A program made the position numbers and the translations under genes. Positions 19,801 through 28,902 of a DNA stretch of 45,677 nucleotides are shown piece by piece (position 1 is the stretch's first letter; each line of letters starts with the position of its first letter). The notes beneath the pieces were generated by a model. It made no database searches, was not told the DNA's origin, and worked only from the letters and a program-made list of their open reading frames with translations. Source of the stretch: Akkermansiaceae bacterium (lineage in GTDB: Bacteria; Verrucomicrobiota; Verrucomicrobiia; Verrucomicrobiales; Akkermansiaceae); the NCBI GenBank assembly GCA_023301335.1, contig JALZVA010000132.1:1-45677 (forward strand), read 5' to 3'.

Positions 19801-20576
19801 TACACGTCCTCGCGCACCTCTTGGTAGCGTTGATAGGCGTCTTTAATGATCTCTGTACCATCTTGGAACTGAATGTCGGTAAGTTCGGTAGCAAAGGTGG
19901 TGTGGCGACAGTGATCAGACCAATATGTGTCTAGCATTTTAATCTCGGTGATACTCGGGTCACGCTTTTCCTCGTCGCGGAAATACTCTCGAGTGAAATT
20001 AAAGTCTTCGAGACTCATGGCTAGGCCAAGTTCTTTATGGCGAGCACTGAGAGCAGTGGTGTCCTCTGTGATGAATCCGTCTAGAAGGGCGACGTCTGAA
20101 GGCTGCTCTACCTTAGCGGCGAGAGATTCTGGTTGCTGCATCGAAGCTTCTCTGGAATCCACTGCATTGATACAGTATGTTTTGATTTTGGTAAGTTCTG
20201 TATCCGAGAGTGAACCTTCAAGAATAATAACCTTAGCGGAGGCAATCAGAGGTTTTGATTGTTGGGTGAGGATCTGCACGCATTGGGCCGCAGAGTCAGC
20301 ACGTTGGTCGAACTGACCGGGTAGGTATTCGACTGAAAAGGCTGTCTCGTTAGTAGCAAGAGAAAGTTGTGCCGATGAGGTAGCGATTTGAGGTTCGTCT
20401 AAAATCAGGGCACATGCCTGAGAAAATTCATCTTGGCTTAGCCCGTCGACGTCGTATCGCTGGACGACACGAACGTTCTTCACGCTATGGATATCAAGAT
20501 TTTCCTTCAGGTCAACGATGAGACGCTTTGCCTCAGAGTTGAATTCGATCTGCTTTTCGACAAAAACGCGGTTCAT
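16827..20576 (-). CDS. purL: Phosphoribosylformylglycinamidine synthase, single-chain form
   Basis: EYLPGQFDQRADSA, YWSDHCRH, KNETHNHPTEIEPFGGAAT, DFGAGG, SESQERM, GGKDSMSG; glutaminase domain PGGFSAGD, GICNGFQ, HGEG, MGHTER. Confidence 0.98.
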   Translation of the reverse strand: MNRVFVEKQIEFNSEAKRLIVDLKENLDIHSVKNVRVVQRYDVDGLSQDEFSQACALILDEPQIATSSAQLSLATNETAFSVEYLPGQFDQRADSAAQCVQILTQQSKPLIASAKVIILEGSLSDTELTKIKTYCINAVDSREASMQQPESLAAKVEQPSDVALLDGFITEDTTALSARHKELGLAMSLEDFNFTREYFRDEEKRDPSITEIKMLDTYWSDHCRHTTFATELTDIQFQDGTEIIKDAYQRYQEVREDVYEEKLSSRPETLMDIALIGMKELRKSGELDNVEISEEINAASIVVPVDVDGKEEDWLLMFKNETHNHPTEIEPFGGAATCLGGCIRDPLSGRSYVFQAMRVSGAADPRTTFSETLEGKLPQRVICQGAADGYSSYGNQIGLATGQVSEVYHPNYVAKRMEIGAVVAAAPQRNVFRGSPEKGNVILLIGGRTGRDGVGGATGSSKEHTDTALDNSAEVQKGNAPTERKIQRLFRNEELAKKIRVCNDFGAGGVSVAIGEIAPSLDIRLDDVPKKYDGLNGTELAISESQERMAICVDASEINYFKEACDKENLECTYVADVTDTGRLTISWRGKKIVNFSRAFLDTNGITQSAKVDVAAPTGTSPLGQPIPSVEQAKGLQNKFLTALSDLNSCGQKGLGEQFDSSVGASTVLQPFGGKHQLTPVDAMVAKLPVEHGTTDTTSHMAWGFNPNIATWSPYHGALYAVTESVCRIVASGAHIDDIRLTLQEYFEKLGKDPARWAKPFSALLGAFTAQNELRLGAIGGKDSMSGTFNDIDVPPTLVSFAVAPGKASLSISPELKEVGSELYLVTVPRDENGIPAFETLKNYASILYATNTEGKLNAVHSLAEGGLAVGITKMMIGNDIGAELTSSEDELFHERYFNWIVELKAGETLPEALNATLIGKTHAESSLKLGSETLSLDSLRDAWTAPLESTYPSQTEVANSALETFHYTGDLTPRKSTHLSKAAKPKVIIPAFPGTNSEYDSAKVFNQAGGDAHIEVFRNLSSHHVEESLAALAAHIRSSQILMIPGGFSAGDEPDGSGKFIATVLRNPEVSDAVMDLLKNRDGLILGICNGFQALVKTGLVPHGEIRDPQAGAATLTFNDIGRHIACYATTRIASNKSPWLAGCEVGDLHSVPFSHGEGKFIASETEIKALAANGQITTQYTDLEGQPSMDISYNPNGSIYAIEGISSPCGRVLGKMGHTERRGEHVAKNITGNKHQPLFKAGVEYFL

Positions 20577-20717
20577 AAAATTAGCTACTTAAATTCCTTA
20601 AAAAGGGTGCCAAATGAGTAGGCGAAGCAGCGAGTGGAGTCAATGGAAATAGGGCTTAATCCTATGCCGTATTATTAAAAAAGGCGCGCGTTTTTTAACA
20701 AAATTCACGTAGTTTGG

Positions 20718-20758
20718 ATATTCACAACTTATTCACATTGTGGATAAGTTGTGAACAG
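20718..20758. promoter_or_regulatory. Palindromic cluster of four DnaA-box-like sites
   Basis: ATATTCACA (20718), TTATTCACA (20729), TGTGGATAA (20739, a perfect reversed TTATCCACA) and TGTGAACAG (20750). Confidence 0.6.
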
Positions 20759-20911
20759 CGCCCCTTTGCCTTCAAGGAGGTTGGGAAGTATTGGAGCAGA
20801 AGTAAAAAGGGGGGGGTGCTTAATTGATTCCAACTTCCTTAAGCTAAGAGTAGCATTACTGTCTCCCTAGCTATCTTGCTAAACTGCAACATGGCTTAAA
20901 CTGGTTAATGG

Positions 20912-22465
20912 CTATTTATTTTTGGCAGGGGAGTAGTTTTTCACAATGGCATTAATGTTCGGTCCAGTAATAGAAACGGAATAGGGGCTATTGAGCTTAA
21001 AGTTCTCAGGAAGTTGAAAACTGAGTTCTTTGCCGCTATTGATTTCTTTCGTTTGGTAAAAAGCACCTGGTTGCCAAATGGTGATGGTTGCTGTTTGTTG
21101 AATATCACTGCTGAGAGTGAGAGAATTTTCTTTAGCTTCAATATTTAGTGAAGGTGTATGAGGAGGGGTTGGACGAAGATCAATACTGGGGTCTCCTAAG
21201 AAGTTAAGCTCAGAAAGACACCAGTGATAGCCACTATGAATGAGCGCGTCAGGTGTCATTTCTTTTTTTGCCAGATGGAAGGCCTCTCCTGCGGAAATGG
21301 CTGAAGAGCTTAAACCATTCTTCCAGAATGAAGTCATTAAGCTAGTGGTTCCATCCATTTTTCCTTCAGTCACCATCTTCTTCAGATCGTTTGCAGGATC
21401 GTGAAAAATAGGAAGCCCTTCGCGCGATGGGGTAATGGCGATCACTGCTCCTGCCTCTGGCTGTCTGAGCATGGACTCGGTGATGGATGGGTCAAGATCA
21501 CTATCAAATTCCCCAGTGAAGCAACTTACGGTGGTGAGGCAGAGGTAAGCATCTTTGTTAGTCATTTCACGTACATTCTTTGCAGTAAACGAATGCTTAC
21601 CCTCTAGTTGCCAAACAGGTAAAAATCCGTGGCCGTGAATGTGTAGTTTTGAATAAGATTTACTATTAAGCTTATAGATAAGATTGGGAGTAGATAGCGC
21701 GTAGTCACCTGGTTTTTCTTTATCCCAAGGTGTGGCATTAGAAAAATAGTGGAGTCCCTTACCTTCCCAGTGCGTGCTAATTTCATTCCAGCTAGTACGT
21801 AATTTGGGGAATGAGGCTTCGACTGTGCCCGTATAGAGTAAAGTGTCTGCAAAATGATCAGAAGGGTAGTTCGACTCATAAGAGATGATTTTCTGTGTGT
21901 ATGCCTCTACGTCTTCTGTCACACGCACGGGGATTCGGCCAATAAAGATGTTATCATGTGTGTAAGCGAGAGAGTCACGATCTTTAGTCCATTCTCCATA
22001 GACTCCGTCTTGGTTGGTATCCCAGGATTTAGAGCTTACATAGTAGCTATCAGAGGGAATATCATTGTAATTGATACGCCCTCCGAAGACGCTGTGTTTA
22101 GAGTCACGGTCAGGCACTAAGGGGAGGTGAGGGGAACTATCTCCCCCTAAAATCACCCACTGTGTTTTTCCTGAGTCAGCATGGGAAAGCACACAGTGCC
22201 TAATCTTATCCTGAATATCCCGACCTTTGTATGCCTGCTCAATCGCTCTAACAGTAATGATCTTGGTCGGTCTTCCTGTAGAAGTTTTCCAATGCGCAAA
22301 GGGTAGCCATGCATCCTTAAGCTTTTCTGCGGTGATAATGAGAATCCCATTATCACTCCCTGTGGTTTCTGGAAAGCTAATCTCAGAGCCATAGCTAGAG
22401 GCGATAGATAACATAGAGTAGAAAAAAATGGGATACAGTTGTTTCATAAGCAGAGAGACTAACAC
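20912..22465 (-). CDS. Peptidase C25 (gingipain) family secreted cysteine protease
   Basis: L..A.WK..G, V.LGGD, SD.YY, IGRIPV, HGHG (catalytic His), SCFTG.FD (catalytic Cys), GAV, LGDP. Confidence 0.85.
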   Translation of the reverse strand: MLVSLLMKQLYPIFFYSMLSIASSYGSEISFPETTGSDNGILIITAEKLKDAWLPFAHWKTSTGRPTKIITVRAIEQAYKGRDIQDKIRHCVLSHADSGKTQWVILGGDSSPHLPLVPDRDSKHSVFGGRINYNDIPSDSYYVSSKSWDTNQDGVYGEWTKDRDSLAYTHDNIFIGRIPVRVTEDVEAYTQKIISYESNYPSDHFADTLLYTGTVEASFPKLRTSWNEISTHWEGKGLHYFSNATPWDKEKPGDYALSTPNLIYKLNSKSYSKLHIHGHGFLPVWQLEGKHSFTAKNVREMTNKDAYLCLTTVSCFTGEFDSDLDPSITESMLRQPEAGAVIAITPSREGLPIFHDPANDLKKMVTEGKMDGTTSLMTSFWKNGLSSSAISAGEAFHLAKKEMTPDALIHSGYHWCLSELNFLGDPSIDLRPTPPHTPSLNIEAKENSLTLSSDIQQTATITIWQPGAFYQTKEINSGKELSFQLPENFKLNSPYSVSITGPNINAIVKNYSPAKNK

Positions 22466-22532
22466 ATTTACTGAGGGAATACGAAGGGGATTTTTTTCAT
22501 TAAATCAATAGGATAACGAAAAATGTGGAGAG

Positions 22533-23351
22533 TTAAAAAAAGAGCTTATCAAGTTCTATGAGCTCATGGCTGAGGTCCTTGGTCCAGAGGTCATTGTGCC
22601 CTGCGCCTTTGATCAAGAAGCGTTTATTCTTACCTGGGTGGTTTTCTTGAAGCTTTTGAGTGTGCCAGGCGGGGATGACCTTGTCATCGTTTCCATGGAG
22701 AAAGAGGCAGGGGCTATGAATGTGCTTTATTTTTGAGAGATTGTGAAATTTATCAAAAGGGAAGATAGGGATGTGTGTGGCGGTGCGGAAGGCAGAGGAA
22801 AAGGTGCTTTCGAGAATGAGCCCTTTAGACGGATGACGCTGTGCTATTTCTGTGGCGATTCCTCCTCCAAGTGATCGCCCCCAAAAAATAATGTCCTCTG
22901 TGGTATAGCCGAGGTCATTGGCTCTTTGGAGAAGTGTTTCAGCATCTTCATAGCAAGATTGTTCTGAGGGTGTCCCCTCAGTAAGACCGTAGCCACGGTA
23001 GTCCATGGTGAGGACTGATAGTCCCTGTGCATTCAAATGCTCAGCAAAGGGTCGAAGCATACCAATATCTACGGCATTACCATGGAAATAGACAACCAGA
23101 GCCTTCTCTGTGGGTGAGCGCCAGAACCGCGTGGCAAGCTGAGTGCCGTCTTTTGCTGCGATAAAATCAAGACCTTGAAGGGTTTTACTGTAGCTCGCTG
23201 GGGGTGAGGGAAAGAGAAAGTAGGATGAAAAGAACAGGGCGATAACGAGTAGAGTCAAATACACGAAGCCAATGAGCTTAAAAGGGCGTTTCCAGTTGAG
23301 TTCTCCAATGAGGATTTTTTTCCATGGGATTTTTTTTGTTGTTTTGGGCAT
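22533..23351 (-). CDS. Alpha/beta hydrolase (ABHD13/17-like), membrane anchored
   Basis: FHGNA, DYRGYG, GRSLGG nucleophile elbow, HG..D.VIP, GHND. Start taken at ATG 23351 because the longer ORF runs through a terminator. Confidence 0.9.
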   Translation of the reverse strand: MPKTTKKIPWKKILIGELNWKRPFKLIGFVYLTLLVIALFFSSYFLFPSPPASYSKTLQGLDFIAAKDGTQLATRFWRSPTEKALVVYFHGNAVDIGMLRPFAEHLNAQGLSVLTMDYRGYGLTEGTPSEQSCYEDAETLLQRANDLGYTTEDIIFWGRSLGGGIATEIAQRHPSKGLILESTFSSAFRTATHIPIFPFDKFHNLSKIKHIHSPCLFLHGNDDKVIPAWHTQKLQENHPGKNKRFLIKGAGHNDLWTKDLSHELIELDKLFF

Positions 23352-23410
23352 GGTGCTAGAAATAGCACTTGCATGTGTAAAAATGATGAAGAAGGAGTGA
23401 AAAAAGCATG

Positions 23411-23439
23411 AAAAAAGGGAGCCGTTTGGCTCCCTTTTT
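23411..23439. terminator. Rho-independent terminator, potentially bidirectional
   Basis: AAAAAAGGGAGCC-GTTT-GGCTCCCTTTTT perfect stem just downstream of the EF-hand gene. Confidence 0.85.
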
Positions 23440-23466
23440 GAATAGATCAATAACGATCGCTAAGAA

Positions 23467-23727
23467 TTAAAGATTTTCTGTTTCCTCAGCCTTATTATTG
23501 TTAGATCCTTTACTCTTCTTTTTGCCTTTGGCTGCACGTGCAGCTTTAGCTGCCTCTTTTTCTGTATCAGAGAGGACGCCATCACCGTCAGTATCGAAGC
23601 GCTCAAGCATTTTAGCTTTCCTTTCTTCAGACTTTGCACCTTTAGATTTATTACCTTCTCCAGCTTGAGCGAAAGAAGTGAGAGCGATTGCGGATACTGC
23701 TGATATTACTAATGTTTTAGTGGTCAT
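23467..23727 (-). CDS. Small secreted EF-hand protein
   Basis: Signal peptide ending AQA, EF-hand loop DTDGDGVLSDTE, Lys-rich flanks; alternative start at 23742. Confidence 0.8.
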   Translation of the reverse strand: MTTKTLVISAVSAIALTSFAQAGEGNKSKGAKSEERKAKMLERFDTDGDGVLSDTEKEAAKAARAAKGKKKSKGSNNNKAEETENL

Positions 23728-23831
23728 GAATATGAAACTCATATGGGTTTTAAAAGTTGCAATAAAAAGTAAATTTATTTCGATTTTTTTAGAGAGCTTG
23801 ACCTTCTGAGTGGAGATTTGTTTGATCTAGC

Positions 23832-26645
23832 ATGATTTCAATACGAGGAGCGCGACAGCATAACTTAAAAAATATCAGCGTTGATATTCCTAGGGGAAAG
23901 CTTGTAGTGATTACGGGGCCAAGTGGCAGTGGTAAATCTTCTCTAGCCTTTCACACCCTCTATGCAGAAGGTCAGAGGCGCTACGTAGAGAGCTTGTCAA
24001 CCTACGCCCGGCAGTTCCTAGAACAGCTAGGGAAGCCAGACGTAGACTCGATCACGGGATTGAGCCCAGCGATAGCGATTGAGCAGAAGATGGGAGGAGG
24101 GACCCCTAGGTCAACGATTGCGACGGTAACTGAAATCTATGACTATTTACGTATTCTTTTTGCTGCTGCGGGAGTGCCACATGACCCGGATACGGGGGAA
24201 CGGCTCCAAAAAATGACGGGAGCGGAGATCGTGACGGAATTACTGAGCCAGCCCGAAGGCAGTAAAATTGTGCTTTTAGCCCCGATGCAAGGGCTGAGTG
24301 ATCCTAACAGTTTGGTGGAGGATATGCAGAGGAGTGGCTTTGTGAGGGTCAGGTACAATAACGAGCTGATTGATTTAGAAGAGTTGAGGGAGAATTGGGA
24401 TGAGAAGAAAACAGAGCTGGATGTGGTCATCGATAGACTGGTAGTGAGAGATGGATTCGAGAGCAGGTTAGCCGATTCTATAGAAACAGGACTACGTGTA
24501 TGTGGCTCGGAAGTGAAGGCTTTGGTGATAGGGAAAGGGGAGAGTGAGTGGAGAGAACTTAGCTTTTCTACAACTTATCGAAATACATCAACAGGTTTTG
24601 AAATGCCAGCATTAGAGCCGAAGCACTTTTCTTTTAACTCACATGCAGGTGCGTGCTCTAGTTGTCACGGGATGGGCACCGAACAGTTCTGTGATACGAG
24701 CTTACTCGTTCCAGATGAGAGCCAAAGCCTATCAGAAGGAGCTGTGAAGCTATGGGGAGGAACGGAGAAGAAAAAGGGCTGGATGCAACAACAGGTGGAG
24801 TCTCTAGCAGAACATTATGGAGAGGATGGGAATGTCGCATTCTCAAACGTATCGAAAGAATTTAAGAACGCACTCTTTTACGGCACAGGGGATGAAAAGA
24901 TAGTGATGGTCCCTGAAAGAGAAGGAGAGAGTGTGCCATCCTCAAAAGTATTTGAAGGTGTCTGCAATACCGTAGAAAGACTTTACAGTGAGTCTACCAG
25001 TGATTCGGTGAAAAAGTCGATGAGCAAGTATATCACTGTTAGACAGTGTAAACGATGTGAAGGCAGAAGGCTGAAAAAAGAAATACTCGGGGTTCGTTTG
25101 GAGCATGTTGAACATTCTAAAAATATTCATGATTTTTGCGCCTTGTCGGTAGAGGACGCTCCCGCGTGGTTAGACGGACTTCTATTTGAGGCAGAGAAAA
25201 AAGAAATATTGTTAGGGATTGTGGAAGAAGTGAGAAAGAGGATTGAATTCATGCAGCAGGTAGGTCTGGGTTACCTAAGCTTAGATCGTAGTAGCCAAAC
25301 TCTATCAGGTGGAGAAGCTCAGAGGATTCGGTTAGCGACTCAGTTAGGTGCCGGCCTGTCAGGGGTGATCTATGTGTTAGACGAGCCTAGTATTGGACTA
25401 CACCAGGAGGATAATAAGAAACTTATTGATGCGTTAAAGCGATTGAGAGATATCGGTAATACCGTAGTGGTGGTCGAACATGACGAGGAAACAATACGTG
25501 CAGCGGATTGGGTGATCGATATCGGACCCGCTGCGGGAGCACATGGAGGAGAGGTGTTAGCCTCAGCCACCCCAGCAGCCTTAGCCAAGCATAAAGAGTC
25601 ACTTACGGGGAAGTGGCTGAGTAAAAAGAAAAAGGGAAAGAAGTCGCTCCAAACGCCACAATCAGTAAGCTCTTTATGGATTCGAGGTGCAGCAGAACAT
25701 AACCTTCAAGACATTGATGTAGAAATCCCACTTGGGCTGATGGTGAGTGTCACAGGCCCTAGTGGGAGTGGGAAATCGACTCTGATTAACGATATTCTTT
25801 ATAAAGCTTTGGCAAGGCAGTTTCATGGGGCAAAGCAACGTCCAGGAAAGCATAAAGGGATCGAAGGAGAAGAGCATATCACTAAAGTTATTGTGGTGAA
25901 TCAGCAACCGATTGGGAAGAGTCCAAGGTCTAACCCTGCTAGTTATACGGGCTTGCTGGAACATGTTCGCGCTCTCTTTGCCAAGCTGCCTATCTCGAAA
26001 CAACGAGGCTATAAAGCAGGGCGTTTTAGTTTTAATGTGAAAGGCGGAAGGTGTGAAAAGTGCTTAGGAGACGGACACTTGAAGATAGATATGCATTTTC
26101 TTACAGACGCATATATAGAATGTGAGAGCTGCCGAGGTAAACGCTACAACCGTGAAACCTTAGAGGTGAAGTATAAAGGTAAGTCCATCGCTGATGTGTT
26201 AGAGATGACAGCAGAGGAAGCGCATCGTTTTTTCACCGCTGTCCCTAAACTGAATCAAATTCTAGAGTCCCTCTGTGCAGTGGGTCTTGGTTACATTAAG
26301 CTTGGACAGTCAGCGAATACCCTTTCCGGGGGAGAAGCTCAGAGAGTGAAGTTAGCCACAGAGCTGGCAAAGACAACTATGGGAAATGCGCTTTATTTAC
26401 TCGATGAACCTACCTCTGGCCTCCATTTCGCAGATATAGAGGTTCTGCTAGAGGTGTTAAAAAAATTAAGAGACGCGGGGAATTCTATCATCATTGTAGA
26501 GCATAATATGGATGTGATACGCCAGTCAGATTGGGTGATTGACTTGGGTCCTGGAGGAGGGAAGGAGGGGGGAGCTATTGTTGCCCAAGGTACGCCTGAA
26601 GATATAAAGAACACTACTGCATCTTTGACAGGCAAGTGGATTTAA
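23832..26645 (+). CDS. uvrA: Excinuclease ABC subunit A
   Basis: [33 protein letters not shown], Zn fingers, two LSGGEAQR signatures, LDEP. Confidence 0.98.
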   Translation: MISIRGARQHNLKNISVDIPRGKLVVITGPSGSGKSSLAFHTLYAEGQRRYVESLSTYARQFLEQLGKPDVDSITGLSPAIAIEQKMGGGTPRSTIATVTEIYDYLRILFAAAGVPHDPDTGERLQKMTGAEIVTELLSQPEGSKIVLLAPMQGLSDPNSLVEDMQRSGFVRVRYNNELIDLEELRENWDEKKTELDVVIDRLVVRDGFESRLADSIETGLRVCGSEVKALVIGKGESEWRELSFSTTYRNTSTGFEMPALEPKHFSFNSHAGACSSCHGMGTEQFCDTSLLVPDESQSLSEGAVKLWGGTEKKKGWMQQQVESLAEHYGEDGNVAFSNVSKEFKNALFYGTGDEKIVMVPEREGESVPSSKVFEGVCNTVERLYSESTSDSVKKSMSKYITVRQCKRCEGRRLKKEILGVRLEHVEHSKNIHDFCALSVEDAPAWLDGLLFEAEKKEILLGIVEEVRKRIEFMQQVGLGYLSLDRSSQTLSGGEAQRIRLATQLGAGLSGVIYVLDEPSIGLHQEDNKKLIDALKRLRDIGNTVVVVEHDEETIRAADWVIDIGPAAGAHGGEVLASATPAALAKHKESLTGKWLSKKKKGKKSLQTPQSVSSLWIRGAAEHNLQDIDVEIPLGLMVSVTGPSGSGKSTLINDILYKALARQFHGAKQRPGKHKGIEGEEHITKVIVVNQQPIGKSPRSNPASYTGLLEHVRALFAKLPISKQRGYKAGRFSFNVKGGRCEKCLGDGHLKIDMHFLTDAYIECESCRGKRYNRETLEVKYKGKSIADVLEMTAEEAHRFFTAVPKLNQILESLCAVGLGYIKLGQSANTLSGGEAQRVKLATELAKTTMGNALYLLDEPTSGLHFADIEVLLEVLKKLRDAGNSIIIVEHNMDVIRQSDWVIDLGPGGGKEGGAIVAQGTPEDIKNTTASLTGKWI

Positions 26646-26728
26646 AAAAATGAAGGTTTTACGAATGAATGAGATTTGGAAATCTGTTATTGGTGAAGGC
26701 TAAGCTCAGCTAAGGTTACTCCGCTAAT

Positions 26729-27535
26729 CTAGAGCAGAGACTTAGCGTAAAAGGTGTAGTAAGTGCCAGAGGCGAAAAAAGTGCCATCTTCATGAGATTG
26801 TAGCATATATTCTAACCATTTATCTGCCTCGTCTTCTGATAATGCTTCAATAGTAGGCATTAACTTAGCAAATGCATGCACGCTCGATAACCAAAAATCA
26901 CCTTTGCCACACTCAGAGATAATATCGACACTGTGATCTGTAATCGCATAGCCTGAAGATTTAAAAAGCTTCGGAAGCTGACGACAAATATCAGGGTGAA
27001 TTGTAATCGCAGAAGCCAGCATAGAATCTATGCGGCGCGTTGTTTCATAGTCCGCCTGATTATACGTCGTGCTCACATGATCTGCATCAAAAACGATAAG
27101 TTTTCCGCCCTTCTTAAGAACTCGCTGAGCTTCAGCGAGGATCGCAAGTGGATCGGGGACATGACTAAGCAATGTATGCATCACAATCACATCAAAGGTT
27201 CCATCAGCGTACGGTAATGAACCTGTACTTATATGATCCCATTGAATCTCGTCATTTTCTGAAAATTTGGCAGCTTCTCCAAGTAATTTAGCACTGATGT
27301 CTGCTCCGTAAAATTTAGATGAAGGATCTAACATTTTAGCGAGTTGACGAATCACGATACCTGTTCCACAGCCTAGGTCGAGCACTGTAAGAGGTTCATT
27401 ACTAGGTAATGTCTTGCCGTAATTTTCGACCATCCTTAGAAAGGTCTTATGATTACCTCGAGCTTCTAGTCTACTAGCCATTGCTTCGATGGCTTCTTGA
27501 GTTTTACTATCTGGGTCTAGATATGGATCTGGCAT
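26729..27535 (-). CDS. Class I SAM-dependent methyltransferase (UbiE-like)
   Basis: VLDLGCGTG, GADIS, LPY.DGTFD, RVLKKGG. Start at ATG 27535 avoids overlap with the GH26 gene. Confidence 0.88.
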   Translation of the reverse strand: MPDPYLDPDSKTQEAIEAMASRLEARGNHKTFLRMVENYGKTLPSNEPLTVLDLGCGTGIVIRQLAKMLDPSSKFYGADISAKLLGEAAKFSENDEIQWDHISTGSLPYADGTFDVIVMHTLLSHVPDPLAILAEAQRVLKKGGKLIVFDADHVSTTYNQADYETTRRIDSMLASAITIHPDICRQLPKLFKSSGYAITDHSVDIISECGKGDFWLSSVHAFAKLMPTIEALSEDEADKWLEYMLQSHEDGTFFASGTYYTFYAKSLL

Positions 27536-27579
27536 GTATTTATTTTTGTTTTTTAAGTTTATTGGTCTAAAGTGAATCC

Positions 27580-28527
27580 ATGTCACGGCTCTTTTATCTT
27601 TTCTTCCTATCGTTGGTAGTTTGGGCTCCTGCCAGTGTAAGTGCGCAAACTACGAACCCGGCCTCAAAAACGTCTTGGGGGGTGTATCAGATTCATTGGG
27701 GAGTAGAGCGTTTTGAGTCAGGGTTAATCTCCCAGATTAAAAAACTAGGTGCCACTCCGGATTATGTTTTGTTTTTCCGTGATATGGACCCTGATCGTGG
27801 GTTTCCTACTAAAACAGTAAAGGTCTGTAAAAAGCATGGAATTACGCCAGTGATTAGTCAGGAAATATGGAAATGGAGTGAGCGCAGATCTGTTAATAAA
27901 AATTGGCTCGGGAGAATCAATACTGGTGAGACCGATGAGTTTTGGAAGCAGTGGGCTAGGGCAGCAAAAGCGTTTGACTCAGAGCTGATCTTTCGTTTTG
28001 GGTTTGAGATGAATGGAGATTGGTTTGCCTGGGGACAGCAGCCTAAAGAGTTTATTAAAGCGTGGAAAAGGGTGCACAAAATTATGCGCGATGAAGGTGC
28101 AGCAAAGGTGAAGTTTATGTTTTCACCTAATGTGGAGTGGGATATCAATAACCGTGAAAGTGCCATTGAGTTATATTACCCAGGTGATGAATTCGTCGAT
28201 CTACTCGCATTAGATGGTTACAACTTTGGAGATAAGCATTCTAAGTGGCATAGCTGGTCGTCTTATAAAGCGGTCTTTGAGAAGAGTATTAAGAAGATGA
28301 GCAAGGTGAATAAGCCACTGATTCTAGCAGAGATTGGTTGTGCAGATGGCTCAGCTAAATCCGAGTGGGTGAAGGTGTTTTTAGAATCTGTTAGAAAAGA
28401 TGAAAGAGTGAGTGGCTTTATCTATTTTAATCATTTTGACCCAAACAAAGGAGAGCCTAACTGGTTATTAGATAGTGACCCGAAAACGCTTAAAGTGTTT
28501 CAAGGATTTCTGAAAAAAAATAGATAG
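27580..28527 (+). CDS. Secreted glycoside hydrolase family 26 (beta-mannanase/xylanase-like)
   Basis: Signal peptide; RFGFEMNGDWF.WG (acid/base Glu), YYPGDEFVD...DGYN, LAEIG (nucleophile Glu). Confidence 0.9.
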   Translation: MSRLFYLFFLSLVVWAPASVSAQTTNPASKTSWGVYQIHWGVERFESGLISQIKKLGATPDYVLFFRDMDPDRGFPTKTVKVCKKHGITPVISQEIWKWSERRSVNKNWLGRINTGETDEFWKQWARAAKAFDSELIFRFGFEMNGDWFAWGQQPKEFIKAWKRVHKIMRDEGAAKVKFMFSPNVEWDINNRESAIELYYPGDEFVDLLALDGYNFGDKHSKWHSWSSYKAVFEKSIKKMSKVNKPLILAEIGCADGSAKSEWVKVFLESVRKDERVSGFIYFNHFDPNKGEPNWLLDSDPKTLKVFQGFLKKNR

Positions 28528-28623
28528 TTCTAGGTGAAGGGTAGAGACAGCTATAGTATCTGTGTTTACATGCCTCTAATACAGTCTCCTCAAGGGATGT
28601 GGAATTACACCAATAGTGTGTAT

Positions 28624-28663
28624 AAAAAATTAAGGGTTATGACTAATAGTCATAACCCTTAAT
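28624..28663 (-). terminator. Terminator downstream of tRNA-Thr
   Basis: Perfect 17-bp inverted repeat ATTAAGGGTTATGACTA-A-TAGTCATAACCCTTAAT with a T run on the minus strand. Confidence 0.75.
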
Positions 28664-28667
28664 AGAA

Positions 28668-28743
<76 letters not shown>

Positions 28744-28868
28744 AATCTGACTAGCCTTGCGTTTGTCGCGCTGGGCTTGAGTCGGGCGTTTTTTAGCAAA
28801 AAATCTATGCTGCGCAAGATTTTTCTACACAAATTTAATAGAAGTGAGATTCATTGATAAAAATGCCT

Positions 28869-28899
28869 CCGATACGAAGAAGCTTGATCTTCGTAGCGG
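28869..28899 (-). terminator. Hairpin after thiD, probable terminator
   Basis: CCGATACGAAGA-loop-TCTTCGTAGCGG directly after the thiD stop. Confidence 0.55.
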
Positions 28900-28902
28900 G
28901 AA

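Noticed and set aside
20577-20911. Replication origin (oriC)
   Set aside because: DnaA boxes are present, but there is no apparent strand-skew switch and no dnaA/dnaN/gidA neighbours. Kept only as a DnaA-box cluster.
23743-23831. LexA/SOS box upstream of uvrA
   Set aside because: Neither TGTTC-N4-GAACA, GAAC-N4-GTTC nor CTGT-N8-ACAG is present.
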